Origin: a virus
Direction: 5' to 3' (one strand)
IMG/VR virus record: IMGVR_UViG_3300037852_000102
Coordinates: 7,546-71,545 of that record
DNA length: 64,000 nucleotides
Part shown: in pieces, positions 19,929-29,767 of the stretch
How the letters are laid out: every line of letters starts with the position of its first letter
How positions within the stretch are numbered: position 1 is the first letter of the stretch
Notes under the pieces: generated by a model
What the model saw: the letters and a program-made list of their open reading frames with translations, nothing else
Told to the model about the DNA's origin: nothing
Database searches by the model: none
Program-made: the position numbers and the translations under genes

Positions 19929-20794
19929 ATCGGCACCGTCAGGGTGAACGTGCCCACCGGCTGGGGATCAGGCGGCAGGTTCGATGCCGATGCGATGCTT
20001 TCCCACAATCCCGCATTTCCGAGATATTGCGCGGCCAGAGCAAACAGGTTCGGATTGACCGCCTGCACGAGCCGAACGCCGCCCGCCGGATTGCCAATGA
20101 TCTGATTGACCGCCGTCCCGCGCACCGACAGGTCCAGCGCGGGCGAGGCCGTGGTGGGGTCGGTCCCGAGCGAATACGGCAGGCAGGCGTTTTCGAGCGC
20201 GAGCGCCGCCGCGTTGATCGTGGCCGCGTCCGCCGTGCTGATCCCCGCCACCGTGCCGTTCCCGTTCAACAGCCCAACTGACACCGAATCGAGCAACGCC
20301 TGCGCATTGTCCGCCAGCGTGCCGGGCAGCGACAGGCCGTCCGTGGCATCGATCATACCCGTGATCGCCGTGACCTCGCCCGAAAGCAGCGTCTCAGCAC
20401 TATCCGGGGCGAACGGCACCGTGCCGACACCGGAGAGGTCAGCAATCGGTTCAAACATGATGGTGTAGGGCACATACCATTGATGTTTCGGCTTGGCCGA
20501 AAACGACGCCACCATGCCGGTCCACGCAAAATCGCCGTAGGAAAGCGTCACCTCGTTGCCGAGCGCCCGTATCCGGTCCAACTGCTGCGCCCGCGCGAAC
20601 GCATCCGAGCCGGTCAGGATTCCGGTCCACGACACCGGATGCGGGAACGCCCCCAGCGGGGTGATGGTGATCAAGCCCCCGGGGAACTCGTGTTTCACGA
20701 GCGTCTGCCGCCCGCCGATCTCGCCGATTTCCTCGGGGATTTCGAGCCCGGACAGCACCACGTTGCCGATGATCAGGAACAGCCCGTTGCTCAT
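19925..20794 (-). CDS. Tail tube initiator/baseplate protein with LysM-like C-terminus
   Basis: GGRQTLVKHEFPGG; NLFALAAQYLGNAGLWESIA. Confidence 0.75.
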   Translation of the reverse strand: MSNGLFLIIGNVVLSGLEIPEEIGEIGGRQTLVKHEFPGGLITITPLGAFPHPVSWTGILTGSDAFARAQQLDRIRALGNEVTLSYGDFAWTGMVASFSAKPKHQWYVPYTIMFEPIADLSGVGTVPFAPDSAETLLSGEVTAITGMIDATDGLSLPGTLADNAQALLDSVSVGLLNGNGTVAGISTADAATINAAALALENACLPYSLGTDPTTASPALDLSVRGTAVNQIIGNPAGGVRLVQAVNPNLFALAAQYLGNAGLWESIASASNLPPDPQPVGTFTLTVPI

Positions 20795-20979
20795 TAGTTT
20801 GCCGGAGGTCTGTGAGAAGCTGGAAATAGGCTGTCTGGATCACAACAACACCATGTTGGCGATATGCCATCATCATACTCAAAGAGCATCGTCATTTCGA
20901 AACCTTTGATCTTACCAGCGCGGGCCTCGTTTGTGAGTTTAACCAATTCATTGACGATCTGTGTCTGACTATTGCTCAT
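20794..20979 (-). CDS. Small AT-rich inserted hypothetical protein
   Basis: GAGG SD, lower GC than flanks. Confidence 0.5.
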   Translation of the reverse strand: MSNSQTQIVNELVKLTNEARAGKIKGFEMTMLFEYDDGISPTWCCCDPDSLFPASHRPPAN

Positions 20980-20988
20980 GGGTTTTCC

Positions 20989-22965
20989 TCATGGGAGTGC
21001 CGCCCCCGTGGCATACGGTGACGACGCGACGCTATCGGCCTCTCCCAGATTGTGGGTATGGCCTTGAGCAATCTGTCGGTTGATCTCGATTAGCACGCGA
21101 TTGGCAAGACCTTTCACGTCGTCCGTACCCTCCGGCACGTTCATTGTGATGTCAGCCTTGACGATCACAGGCGATCCTTGGCCCGGCACCGTACCCGGCG
21201 GCAGCGTTGCGATTCCAGCGTTAGCCGCCCCGAGTCCCGTAGTGGCTTTGTTCCAAAGATACTGACCGCCTTCCGCCGCGCCGTAGGTCAATGCACCCAC
21301 AGCCATGCCGAGCGGGATTGTCGCCCATGCCGAGGTTCCTGCGGTCACCAAACTGGCGAGGCCACCCACAACTCCACCGGGGACAAGACCCTTTGACATG
21401 CCGCGCTTCAGTGCATCGCCAAGCGTTCCGGGGTTCGGGACGCCGCCAATCTGCCCTTGCGCTGGCATTGTTTCGCGAATTGCTTTGAGAATCCCGCTGA
21501 CGGTTTTCAGGCTTTCAGTGAGCGGCGGCAGCACCACGGTTGCCAATTCCATCAACACTACCGTCAGTTCCGAAAACGCCGTGCGAGCCTGCTGCACTGG
21601 CGATGCTTTGCCATACGCGCCCAGCACGTCCTCGCCGCCAGCCGCCGACTGCATCTGCTGCGATAGGCGCGGGAACTGAGCGATAAACTCCGGCAGGTTG
21701 AACAGCCCCGCCTCGCGGCCACCCTGCTTTCCGAACACGGTATCAAGCGTTTGCATCCGCTGCGCATCGGGCAGCGCCGCAAGATTCTTGCCGAGCAATG
21801 GCGAGAGTTTCAAAAGGCTGGCCTGCCAATCGGTCTTGCCACCCTCGCCCGTCACCATCCATGTCGGCACACCACCGGCCACGAGCCCCAACCCCTCCAA
21901 TGCCTCGTTGTGGTGCAATTGCGTCTTGGTGAGATGATCGCCGGTCGCTGGCATGAGTTTTGAGAAAAACGCCTGAATCCACGTTCCGGCCTTGGACGAC
22001 CCGATGCCCGCCTGCTGGTTCATCGCTGTCAGGAACATGATCGAAGTCGGGTCCATTCCCATGCCGCCGACAAGCGACGGCATCGCATAGGACAGCGCCG
22101 TGGTGTATTGCGTCAGTGTTTTCGGCGTGAGTTGCGATGCATAGGCGAACTTGCGGTACAGGTCCGGCAGCTTCGCCGGATCGTAGGTTCCGGTCATATG
22201 CGACAGCCCGACAAGGGCCTCAGCCGATTCCTTGAGCGGCGTTTCCTTGAGCCGGGCCTCCTGCATCGCGTAGGGCAGCATCGTGTCCAGTACCGCCATG
22301 CGTTCATTGAACGGCAAACCGGCAAACTGCCGTTCGCTGCCCAGCACGGCCTCGCCAACCTCTTTCGGAGAGAATCCGCCCGAAATGGCATTACGGGTGA
22401 TCACGCTGCGCAACTGCTTGAACACCTCGCCACGGTTCATGCCCGCGTCAACCTTGATCTGGCCGGTGATCATGGCCCGGGCAGCAATGTCCTCCACCTC
22501 GGCTTCCTCATAGACGCCATAGGCGAGAGCACCGGCCCCGGCCATAGCCGCATTCCCGCCGCCTCTAAAATGGGCATGGCCGCCCGGAATCCGCGTGCTC
22601 AGGCTAGATACGTGGAAACCGCCCCCGCCAGCGCCCGGGGCTGGCCCGTGGCGGCCTCCACCGCCCCCGCCGGGCAGAACCACCGACCGCCCCGCCGCCG
22701 CGCCAGCGCGGCCCGCAGCGGCCAACTGAGCGGTAAGCGCCCGAGCCGTGGCCAGCGCCCCGGTCAGGCTGGCGTCCATCATCGCCGCGCCTTCCGTGAT
22801 GGCCGCCGTCATGGCTCCGGCTGCCGTCGTGATCGACTGCAATTCGGTCTTAACCCGCGTCGTGTCGCGCGCCAGTTCCCGCATTGCAGCAGACAGACGC
22901 TGCACGGTTCCGCTAGCCTCGTCTTTGACTTGGAACACGGCCCCGACTCTAAACGAGGTGATCAT
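20989..22965 (-). CDS. Tape measure protein
   Basis: SSKAGTWI, VFGKQG TMP core motifs; position after chaperone. Confidence 0.88.
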   Translation of the reverse strand: MITSFRVGAVFQVKDEASGTVQRLSAAMRELARDTTRVKTELQSITTAAGAMTAAITEGAAMMDASLTGALATARALTAQLAAAGRAGAAAGRSVVLPGGGGGGRHGPAPGAGGGGFHVSSLSTRIPGGHAHFRGGGNAAMAGAGALAYGVYEEAEVEDIAARAMITGQIKVDAGMNRGEVFKQLRSVITRNAISGGFSPKEVGEAVLGSERQFAGLPFNERMAVLDTMLPYAMQEARLKETPLKESAEALVGLSHMTGTYDPAKLPDLYRKFAYASQLTPKTLTQYTTALSYAMPSLVGGMGMDPTSIMFLTAMNQQAGIGSSKAGTWIQAFFSKLMPATGDHLTKTQLHHNEALEGLGLVAGGVPTWMVTGEGGKTDWQASLLKLSPLLGKNLAALPDAQRMQTLDTVFGKQGGREAGLFNLPEFIAQFPRLSQQMQSAAGGEDVLGAYGKASPVQQARTAFSELTVVLMELATVVLPPLTESLKTVSGILKAIRETMPAQGQIGGVPNPGTLGDALKRGMSKGLVPGGVVGGLASLVTAGTSAWATIPLGMAVGALTYGAAEGGQYLWNKATTGLGAANAGIATLPPGTVPGQGSPVIVKADITMNVPEGTDDVKGLANRVLIEINRQIAQGHTHNLGEADSVASSPYATGAALP

Positions 22966-23414
22966 GCGCGTCCCCGTTCGGACAGCGGCACCAACAGTGC
23001 CACCGCCGCGTCATAGAAAGCATCTTCGGAAAGCGGCGCGGCGCTTTGCATGGCCAGCGCCAAGAATGGTCGCGGCGGTATCCGCGACGTGCCGAGTTCC
23101 TGCCACATCGCCTTGTCCAGCGGTGAACCCACAACCACAGCGTAGGGCACGACCTCAGCGGCGATGCTGTCCCGCATTTCGCCCGTGCGTAGCAGCGGGT
23201 CGGTGGCGGAGACGCGCCCGACAAACCCAAGGCGCTGCTTTTGTGCCACCGTGCTCGCCGCCAACGGCGGCCATGACGGCAACTCATGCCCGATGTATTC
23301 AACCGCCATCGTTCGGGCGAGCGCCCCGACACGCGCCAGAGCTACGTCAATCTCCGGCATGGCTCGCCGTGCCGATCCTGCCAGAAAATCCGCGTATTGT
23401 TCGAATGTGACCAT
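22962..23414 (-). CDS. Virion morphogenesis/tail-completion protein (HK97 gp10/Mu gpG-like)
   Basis: WPPLAAST, LLRTGEMRDSI, QELGTSRIPPRPFL. Confidence 0.82.
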   Translation of the reverse strand: MVTFEQYADFLAGSARRAMPEIDVALARVGALARTMAVEYIGHELPSWPPLAASTVAQKQRLGFVGRVSATDPLLRTGEMRDSIAAEVVPYAVVVGSPLDKAMWQELGTSRIPPRPFLALAMQSAAPLSEDAFYDAAVALLVPLSERGRA

Positions 23415-23423
23415 GCCCGGGGC

Positions 23424-23614
23424 TCACTTTGGTTTCGGAGCGATTAGTTTCCCGGTCTGCCAGTCTACCGTAAAGCCGTCCAGTTGCGCCGCCGCATAGA
23501 TAAACGCCTTGCGCTCCATGCTGTCCATCCGTTTCGCCTCACTCCACGGCTGGCCATACTTGTATGCGACGTGAACCGCCTCCTGAAAATCAGGCCCCTC
23601 GCAGATTTTTTTTT
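23424..23614 (-). CDS. Frameshift extension (gpGT-like) of the tail assembly chaperone
   Basis: A9 run at 23606-23614; the -2/+1 frame reads ICEGPDFQEAVHVAYKYGQPWSEAKRMDSMERKAF...KPK*. Confidence 0.7.
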
Positions 23615-24114
23615 AGCAGTTGCAGGTCTGAAATCCGCACCTGCCCCCAATGCTTGTCGTACCAGAACGCGAGTTCGTCTATCGGCACGTCCCCCAGCAT
23701 ATTGGCAACAGCCGTCAGGTCCACGATGTTGGCGATCTGCCGTGGCTGCTTGCCGTCAATCGTTCGGATGCACATGCAGACGCGCGCCAGTCGGTCGATC
23801 ACGGGATTGCTCGTCGCGTCCGGGATCGTCATGGCGATTCGCATCGTGAGCGAAATCCCGGGCGGCGGTCCGAACTCCACCATTCGCCCATCCAGCAGTT
23901 TGACCTCGATTGATTCCACGTCCTCGCGCGGCGGCGGCAATGCTTCCGATTCGGCTGGCGTCTGTGCTGCCGCGGCGTTGCGCTCGCGCATGGCGGTCGC
24001 AGAGGCGGCCAGTTCGGCGTTCTTGGTATCGCGAGCCTGCCGCGCCTCGGGCTTGGGCGCGGCTTTCGTGTTGATCCGCAGTTCGGCGTCGGCGTGACGC
24101 GCTTCCGTTTGCAT
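23590..24114 (-). CDS. Tail assembly chaperone (gpG-like)
   Basis: Between tube and TMP; ends LLKKNLRGA over the slippery run. Confidence 0.78.
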   Translation of the reverse strand: MQTEARHADAELRINTKAAPKPEARQARDTKNAELAASATAMRERNAAAAQTPAESEALPPPREDVESIEVKLLDGRMVEFGPPPGISLTMRIAMTIPDATSNPVIDRLARVCMCIRTIDGKQPRQIANIVDLTAVANMLGDVPIDELAFWYDKHWGQVRISDLQLLKKNLRGA

Positions 24115-24139
24115 GGCAATCCCCCGGCTAGAAAATCAG

Positions 24140-24631
24140 TTACGCGGCAAGTCCCGTCAGGAACGGCGTCCCGCCGCCGGTCTTAATGCAGTCCGACCAC
24201 ATGAAACTCAGGCCGTTGTCGACCTCTTTCATCGCGGCGAAGTTGCCGAAGTCCGGCGTCTCGAACTGCACTCCGGTGTAGAGATATTCGTCGATGGACG
24301 AATCCCTGTTGAGGATTGACGCGGCGATGGCGAACACCGGAATGATCCCGCTGTTGTGGTAAGCGGCCATCAGTTCCAGCACCATCGACTGCAGGTTGCC
24401 ATTCGTGCGTGCGAACCGCATCCGGCCATCGCCGCCGTTCCACACGGTCTGAAAGATCGGCTTGCCGCCGTTGGTGATCGGCGTGACCTTGATGACCGAA
24501 CTGTGCGCCTTGGAGTCGAAGTCCAGCAGCAGCCCGAGCGCATCGACTGGGAACTGATCGCCGAAATTGTCGGAAATCGACAGACCGATGTCGGTGCCGA
24601 TGTTGTACGCGGTACCGTTGATCGTTGCCAT
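24140..24631 (-). CDS. Tail tube protein
   Basis: 163 aa, directly after the sheath. Confidence 0.8.
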   Translation of the reverse strand: MATINGTAYNIGTDIGLSISDNFGDQFPVDALGLLLDFDSKAHSSVIKVTPITNGGKPIFQTVWNGGDGRMRFARTNGNLQSMVLELMAAYHNSGIIPVFAIAASILNRDSSIDEYLYTGVQFETPDFGNFAAMKEVDNGLSFMWSDCIKTGGGTPFLTGLAA

Positions 24632-24643
24632 GATGGTCCCCTG

Positions 24644-26599
24644 TTAATTCGACTGCAATTGCTGGCCCGGCGTTGCGCCCACCGTCACAACAACGGTGCC
24701 GCCTTGCAGGGAGACGATGAAGAAACGCACTACGGACAGATAACGCACGCGAAGTAGCGCATAGAGGTAGTGCGCACCGATGCTCGCTGGCGTGTTGACG
24801 CCATTTCCCGGAATAGCGTTCGGTGCCCCGTTGAACGCGCAAATCACCGAAAAATCGTCGATGATCCCCACGCTGCCGTTCGCGCCCTTGAGGCTGTCCA
24901 AGAACGTGTTGAACTGATTCCGCACGGCGTTGCGCAGCGGGTCGTTCGGCTGCTGACTTTGCAGCGCATCGACAAACTGGCCCATGGTGGTTCCGATGGA
25001 CCGCGCGAGGAACGAGGTCATGCGCCAGTATTCCATCCCCGCCGTCACCGGGTTCAACGACGTGATCTGGCCGTGGCGCGTGCCGAAGATGTTGCCCGCT
25101 GGGATCGGGTTGGTGATGAAGATGATTCCCGCCGCCGTAAGCTGGGCGATCTCGCTGATGCTGTATGGCTGGATATTTCCGGTGACCGGGTTGTTGCGCT
25201 CGGTGCCCAGGCACAATTGCACGGGTTTGTTGCCGATGCCCTGTTCGGGCGAGAGCGTGGCCGCCATGCCGCCGACGTAGGCCGTGGGCGGCACCAGCCG
25301 CGTCACGTTGTTGAGCGGGTCATAGAAATAAACCCAGTCCTTGACGTAACCGAACGACGGATCGTGCTGGCCGATGGACGCGGATAGCCCCGTGGCAACC
25401 GCCGTGCTCGTGCCGGTGGGGAACGGGAACAGCGTCGAGATGCCGTTGCCGCGACCGAACGCCACGAGGGACGCTGGCAACGCCTGATCCGTGCTGCCGA
25501 CGATCCACGAAATGCCCACCGCTGGGTTGACGCCCTGCAGCGCATAGAGGCCGGTCGCCGGAATGGCGGTGTTGCTGCCGAGTAGCGTGGCCGTCACGAC
25601 GCCCGCGCGGCCATCGGTGCCGCCGGAGAACGTGGACGTGCCCGCGGTCGGCGCAGCCACCGCGATGTTCGGCGTTCCAGCCTTGACGATCTGCGACGGC
25701 CCGCGCACGCCATTGATGCCCTGCGCAATCGCGTTTGCCAGTGCGGTGAAAAACGTCGCGTTGGGCAGGTTCGGGTAGAGTTCGCTGATGCCCAGCGTCG
25801 GCAGCGCGATGGTCGCCGATGTGGTGTTCGCACCCGCGCCGGTCGCCAGCGTCGCCGTGAGAGCATTGCCCACGCTGCCGGTGAAAATGCCCGACAGCAC
25901 GAGGCCAGCGGTGACCGCAGCACCAGTGCCGAGCGTGAACGTGCCGGTGCCGGTGACCGCACGGGAAACCGTGGCCTGCGGCGACAGCGCGGTGGGCTGA
26001 TAGATCGAAACGACGCCAACGAGGCTCGTGGCGAAAATGCCGACCGCCGACAGGGCAGCGGTGGCGTTGATCAAGGCCGCGACACCGGCGGCAATCGTGG
26101 TCGGGGTCGGCGATGGGCTGGCGGGCACCGTATAGGTGATGGTGAGCGGCGAACCGGCAATTGCCGACGACGTGAACGTGAGCGCGATGGTGTCTGCAGC
26201 AACGCCCGCCGCCGAGGTGCCGGTGATGCTCGCCGAGGTCGCCGCGCCGTTGAGCGTGCCCGTGGCCGCCACGTCGGTGCCGTCAGACACGCGCACGCCC
26301 CACGCCTCAAGCGTCGCCGCGCTGGCAGCCTGTCCGAACGCAATCGCCAAATCAGTCGGCATGTCATAGGGGTCAGTCAGCGACGCCGCCGAAATCGGCC
26401 CGAACGTCTGCATGGCGTCGAACGGGTTGCCCATGTGCTGGGCCATGTTCACCGGACCCCAGCCCGCCGTTCCCACGATGCCGATCACATCGGTGGGCAC
26501 GCCGACGATGAATCCGGGCGGGTTCTGGATTTGGATATAGAGGTCGTCGGCCCCGAGAGACGCCGGATTGAACGAACCTGCGGGAATAATTTGCGTCAT
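24644..26599 (-). CDS. Tail sheath protein
   Basis: GIVGTAGWGPVN, FSGGTDG, VRYLSVVRFFIVSLQGG; start at MTQIIPAG. Confidence 0.92.
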   Translation of the reverse strand: MTQIIPAGSFNPASLGADDLYIQIQNPPGFIVGVPTDVIGIVGTAGWGPVNMAQHMGNPFDAMQTFGPISAASLTDPYDMPTDLAIAFGQAASAATLEAWGVRVSDGTDVAATGTLNGAATSASITGTSAAGVAADTIALTFTSSAIAGSPLTITYTVPASPSPTPTTIAAGVAALINATAALSAVGIFATSLVGVVSIYQPTALSPQATVSRAVTGTGTFTLGTGAAVTAGLVLSGIFTGSVGNALTATLATGAGANTTSATIALPTLGISELYPNLPNATFFTALANAIAQGINGVRGPSQIVKAGTPNIAVAAPTAGTSTFSGGTDGRAGVVTATLLGSNTAIPATGLYALQGVNPAVGISWIVGSTDQALPASLVAFGRGNGISTLFPFPTGTSTAVATGLSASIGQHDPSFGYVKDWVYFYDPLNNVTRLVPPTAYVGGMAATLSPEQGIGNKPVQLCLGTERNNPVTGNIQPYSISEIAQLTAAGIIFITNPIPAGNIFGTRHGQITSLNPVTAGMEYWRMTSFLARSIGTTMGQFVDALQSQQPNDPLRNAVRNQFNTFLDSLKGANGSVGIIDDFSVICAFNGAPNAIPGNGVNTPASIGAHYLYALLRVRYLSVVRFFIVSLQGGTVVVTVGATPGQQLQSN

Positions 26600-26609
26600 C
26601 GTCGCCCCC

Positions 26610-27491
26610 TTAGCCCACCTGTAGCTGCACCTGCATCGTGGCCACCGGGGCCAAGACTGCAAACAGCGCGTCCGTCACCGTCACCGGGTAATCCATGCCT
26701 ACCATAGTGTCGTGCCGGTACACGTCCTCCAGAGTATCGTCCTCTAAATCATAATCCGACACATAAGACAATCGTGCCACCGTGCCGTCCGGCAGTGACG
26801 GCCCGAAATTCAACTCTGATTCGGCGACGGCGTCGGCGAGCGCGGCTGTCATTGCGTTGCGCTGTTCGACGGTCTGAGTCCAGATGATTATCTGCACCTG
26901 CTGATCGCGCCGCCCGATCTCGCGCACCTGCGACCCGCCGTTGCCCGCGTAAGACCCGACCGCCAGCGCCACCGTCGCCACGTTGGTGATCGTCACCACC
27001 GGCCCCGATGCCGTCGCGGTCAGCATCCCTGCCATGGACGAATCACCGTTGATTGCCGCGGCCAGTTTCGTGGCCATGGTCGTCGGCGTATCGGTGTGCA
27101 GCCCTGAAACCACCACCGCGCCCGTGTTCGCGCCCAGCATGATCGCCAGCGCCGACACCGCGTCGCCGTCCGTCATGGTCCCGCCGAGCGTGATCTGCGC
27201 CGTGTGACCGGGCGCGATGTGATCGGGCGCAATCGCCGTGGTCAGCGTCGCTGGGACCACGATCTGCGAAACCACGTAGGGATTCCACCGCGTCGCGTTC
27301 TTGCTGATCTTCCGGTCGTAAATCGAAACGATGGCGGGCTGGCCTGCCGGTGTCCCCTTGGCGATGCCCTGCAACACGCCAACCGGCGGGTAACCGATGC
27401 CCGACTTGTACGGGATCGACGGCGACAGCCCGTTGAGCGCGGTGTTCACCAACGCTTGAATCGAGGTCAGCACGTCGAACTGTGAAGCCAT
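26610..27491 (-). CDS. Neck/tail terminator protein with inserted domain
   Basis: Position before the sheath; IGYP, REIGRRDQQVQIIIW. Confidence 0.7.
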   Translation of the reverse strand: MASQFDVLTSIQALVNTALNGLSPSIPYKSGIGYPPVGVLQGIAKGTPAGQPAIVSIYDRKISKNATRWNPYVVSQIVVPATLTTAIAPDHIAPGHTAQITLGGTMTDGDAVSALAIMLGANTGAVVVSGLHTDTPTTMATKLAAAINGDSSMAGMLTATASGPVVTITNVATVALAVGSYAGNGGSQVREIGRRDQQVQIIIWTQTVEQRNAMTAALADAVAESELNFGPSLPDGTVARLSYVSDYDLEDDTLEDVYRHDTMVGMDYPVTVTDALFAVLAPVATMQVQLQVG

Positions 27492-28297
27492 CAGCCGTCG
27501 CTCCTGATCTTGCGGTCGCAGGTCAACTGGTAGCCGGAGACGCCGGTTTTCTGCTCATACGGCACCACCACGAGATAGCGCGCGCCGTTTTCGTCCACCA
27601 GCGCATCGCCCTCCGCTGGCATGTAGCCGGGCAGCGGCGGCACGTACACGAACCACTTTGCCTCTTTCAACATGCCGGGGACGCCGGGCTGGAAAATCCA
27701 GTCGTGTTGCCGGATCGCCGACATGAAGCCCGCCGGGACGAAACTGGCATTCCCCGCGCCCGCGGTGCCGAACGCATAGGTGCCGCCCGACAGCACCAGC
27801 GGCAGGTCGTTCACCAGCGTTTCTTTCCAATACGTCGCACCGTTCGCGCCGACCGATGCAGGTGATTCGGCTGGCCGGTAGATTTTCACTCGCCGGTCGA
27901 GACGCGCTCCAATCGCCTTATTCTCCGGGGGATGCCACGCCAAGCACATGGCGTTGAACTCAATGGTTCCGGGAATCGAAGTAGCTCCCGCTCCGTATGA
28001 GAATCCGGGGGCATAGGCGGGGTCGTTTTGCACAAACACGTCACCCAGTACGAATCGGTCCATGTTCGCCACGATGTCGTAAAAAAGTGCAACATTTTTG
28101 ATGCCCAGTTCCAGTTTGGTTTCCGCGAGCCTGCGCCTAAACATATAGAAATTGGGGACCGTCACGTTCCATGCGCCCGGGAAATCGCCCGATGATCCCG
28201 AGCCCAGCCGGTAGCCAACGAACGGTTGGCCGACGTGCTTGGCAGCTTGGCCGCGACCGTGGTCTATGTGGCGCTGGATTCTCGCATATTGAGTCAT
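27491..28297 (-). CDS. Head closure/neck protein
   Basis: Synteny; IDHGRGQAAKHVG, EGDALVDENGARY. Confidence 0.65.
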   Translation of the reverse strand: MTQYARIQRHIDHGRGQAAKHVGQPFVGYRLGSGSSGDFPGAWNVTVPNFYMFRRRLAETKLELGIKNVALFYDIVANMDRFVLGDVFVQNDPAYAPGFSYGAGATSIPGTIEFNAMCLAWHPPENKAIGARLDRRVKIYRPAESPASVGANGATYWKETLVNDLPLVLSGGTYAFGTAGAGNASFVPAGFMSAIRQHDWIFQPGVPGMLKEAKWFVYVPPLPGYMPAEGDALVDENGARYLVVVPYEQKTGVSGYQLTCDRKIRSDG

Positions 28298-29127
28298 GCG
28301 AATGCCACCCCGCCACTACGCTTGGGCTTTTGCGTCGCGTCTTTGTTGACCGGAATGCCGAGAAAATCGGAAAGAAGGGCGACCGTATTCTCGTAAAGAG
28401 AACGCCGCTGCCCGGCCTCGTTCGAACGCGGACTCCATTCGACCGTTTTGCTCGTGTCGAGATTGTCCGATGTCGTCCAGTACGCCGCTTCAAGCGCGTC
28501 CAGAATCGGGATGTAGCCCCACAGCACCGTATTGCCGCCGTCAAGCGAGGTCGGCCCGGGCGGCAGCAGCGAGCCGTCCGCCGTGATCGACGGGTAGAGC
28601 AGCCCGCTGCCGGACACCGCCACGGTGAAAGCCGCCGATCCGGCAGGACCGCGGAAACCCAGTTCCGGCACCGGCACCGCATTGGCCGCCCACGGTCCCG
28701 TCCCGTAGGGCGCGAGCGCGTAAATCTTGGCCGCCTGCAACACCGCGTTCTGATTGATCAGCGACGCCAGCGTGAGCGCCACGGTCAGCGCGGGCACATT
28801 GCCGGACGTTGGCGGCCCAACCGTCGCCGTGACCGTCTGCGGGCTAGCGATGCTCCCGCCGGAAAGCGTGATGCTGGCCGTGTCGCCCTGATTCGGCGTC
28901 GGCCCCACCAGCGACACCGCGCCGTAAGGAGCCCCCACAATGCGCGCTTCCTCGTCCGGGTTCATGTTGTTCATTCGGTATTCCAGCGCGCCATAGGCTT
29001 GGAAAAACCGATAGCCGACCGACCCCTGCGCGAACTGCGCGCCGCCGGGCGACACGACGTAGTTCCCGACCACGCCATACTTCAAATGTCGTCTGATTGC
29101 GGATTTCTGAGCAAGGGTGAGCGCCAT
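28294..29127 (-). CDS. Head-tail adaptor with inserted domain
   Basis: MALTLAQKSAIRRHL, YGALEYRMNNM, NLDTSKTVEW. Confidence 0.7.
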   Translation of the reverse strand: MALTLAQKSAIRRHLKYGVVGNYVVSPGGAQFAQGSVGYRFFQAYGALEYRMNNMNPDEEARIVGAPYGAVSLVGPTPNQGDTASITLSGGSIASPQTVTATVGPPTSGNVPALTVALTLASLINQNAVLQAAKIYALAPYGTGPWAANAVPVPELGFRGPAGSAAFTVAVSGSGLLYPSITADGSLLPPGPTSLDGGNTVLWGYIPILDALEAAYWTTSDNLDTSKTVEWSPRSNEAGQRRSLYENTVALLSDFLGIPVNKDATQKPKRSGGVAFA

Positions 29128-29131
29128 GGCG

Positions 29132-29767
29132 TCACCCCGCGCGCCGGGCCGGAATGATGCGGGGCAGTTTGAAAACCGTCTGGCAGGCCGGGCAGCACGC
29201 CATGCCCGGCGCATCGCCCACCGGAACCATCGGCGCGTTTTCCACACGCAACGCCATGATCAGCGGGAAGTCCGTCACCACGTCGTTCGGCTTGAAATGC
29301 GCCATGACGGGGCCGACCATGCAGGAGAACTTCTCAAGGAACACATGCGGGCCGGTCGCGGCGCGGTCGATCGCGGCCTGTGCAGCGCGCGCGGCGCTGG
29401 CGTGGTCAGGCAATGCTGCGATGAACGAATCCACCTGCTCGTCGGTCGGGTCCAGATCGTGCTCGCCGAGGCCCTGCGGAACGGGCGGCACGAAACCAGC
29501 GGCCAAATCTCCGTTGCCGTGTTCGGCGATCAGATGAAACGTGCTCGGCTCGGGCTGGGCGGCCAGCACCGTCTTGGCCCGTTCCACGTCGGCCAGCGTG
29601 AGCGCAGGCGCGGTTTCAAGTGTCGTGGCCTCATGAGCCGCCGCCACGGGTTCGGTCGCTCCCGCGTCCGCAGCCCACGGCGACGCCCCACCGCACGACG
29701 GACACGCCTTGCGGTTCCGATGCACGGGCTCCTGACACTTCGCGCAATCCCGGTAATTCTTGTTCAT
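29132..29767 (-). CDS. Zn-ribbon-containing hypothetical protein
   Basis: CAKC..CPSC N-terminus, CPAC C-terminus. Confidence 0.65.
   Translation of the reverse strand: MNKNYRDCAKCQEPVHRNRKACPSCGGASPWAADAGATEPVAAAHEATTLETAPALTLADVERAKTVLAAQPEPSTFHLIAEHGNGDLAAGFVPPVPQGLGEHDLDPTDEQVDSFIAALPDHASAARAAQAAIDRAATGPHVFLEKFSCMVGPVMAHFKPNDVVTDFPLIMALRVENAPMVPVGDAPGMACCPACQTVFKLPRIIPARRAG

Noticed and set aside
23465-23650. -1 frame ORF as the chaperone extension
   Set aside because: Arg/Ser-rich with poor codon use; the -2/+1 frame is far more protein-like and fills the gap to the next gene
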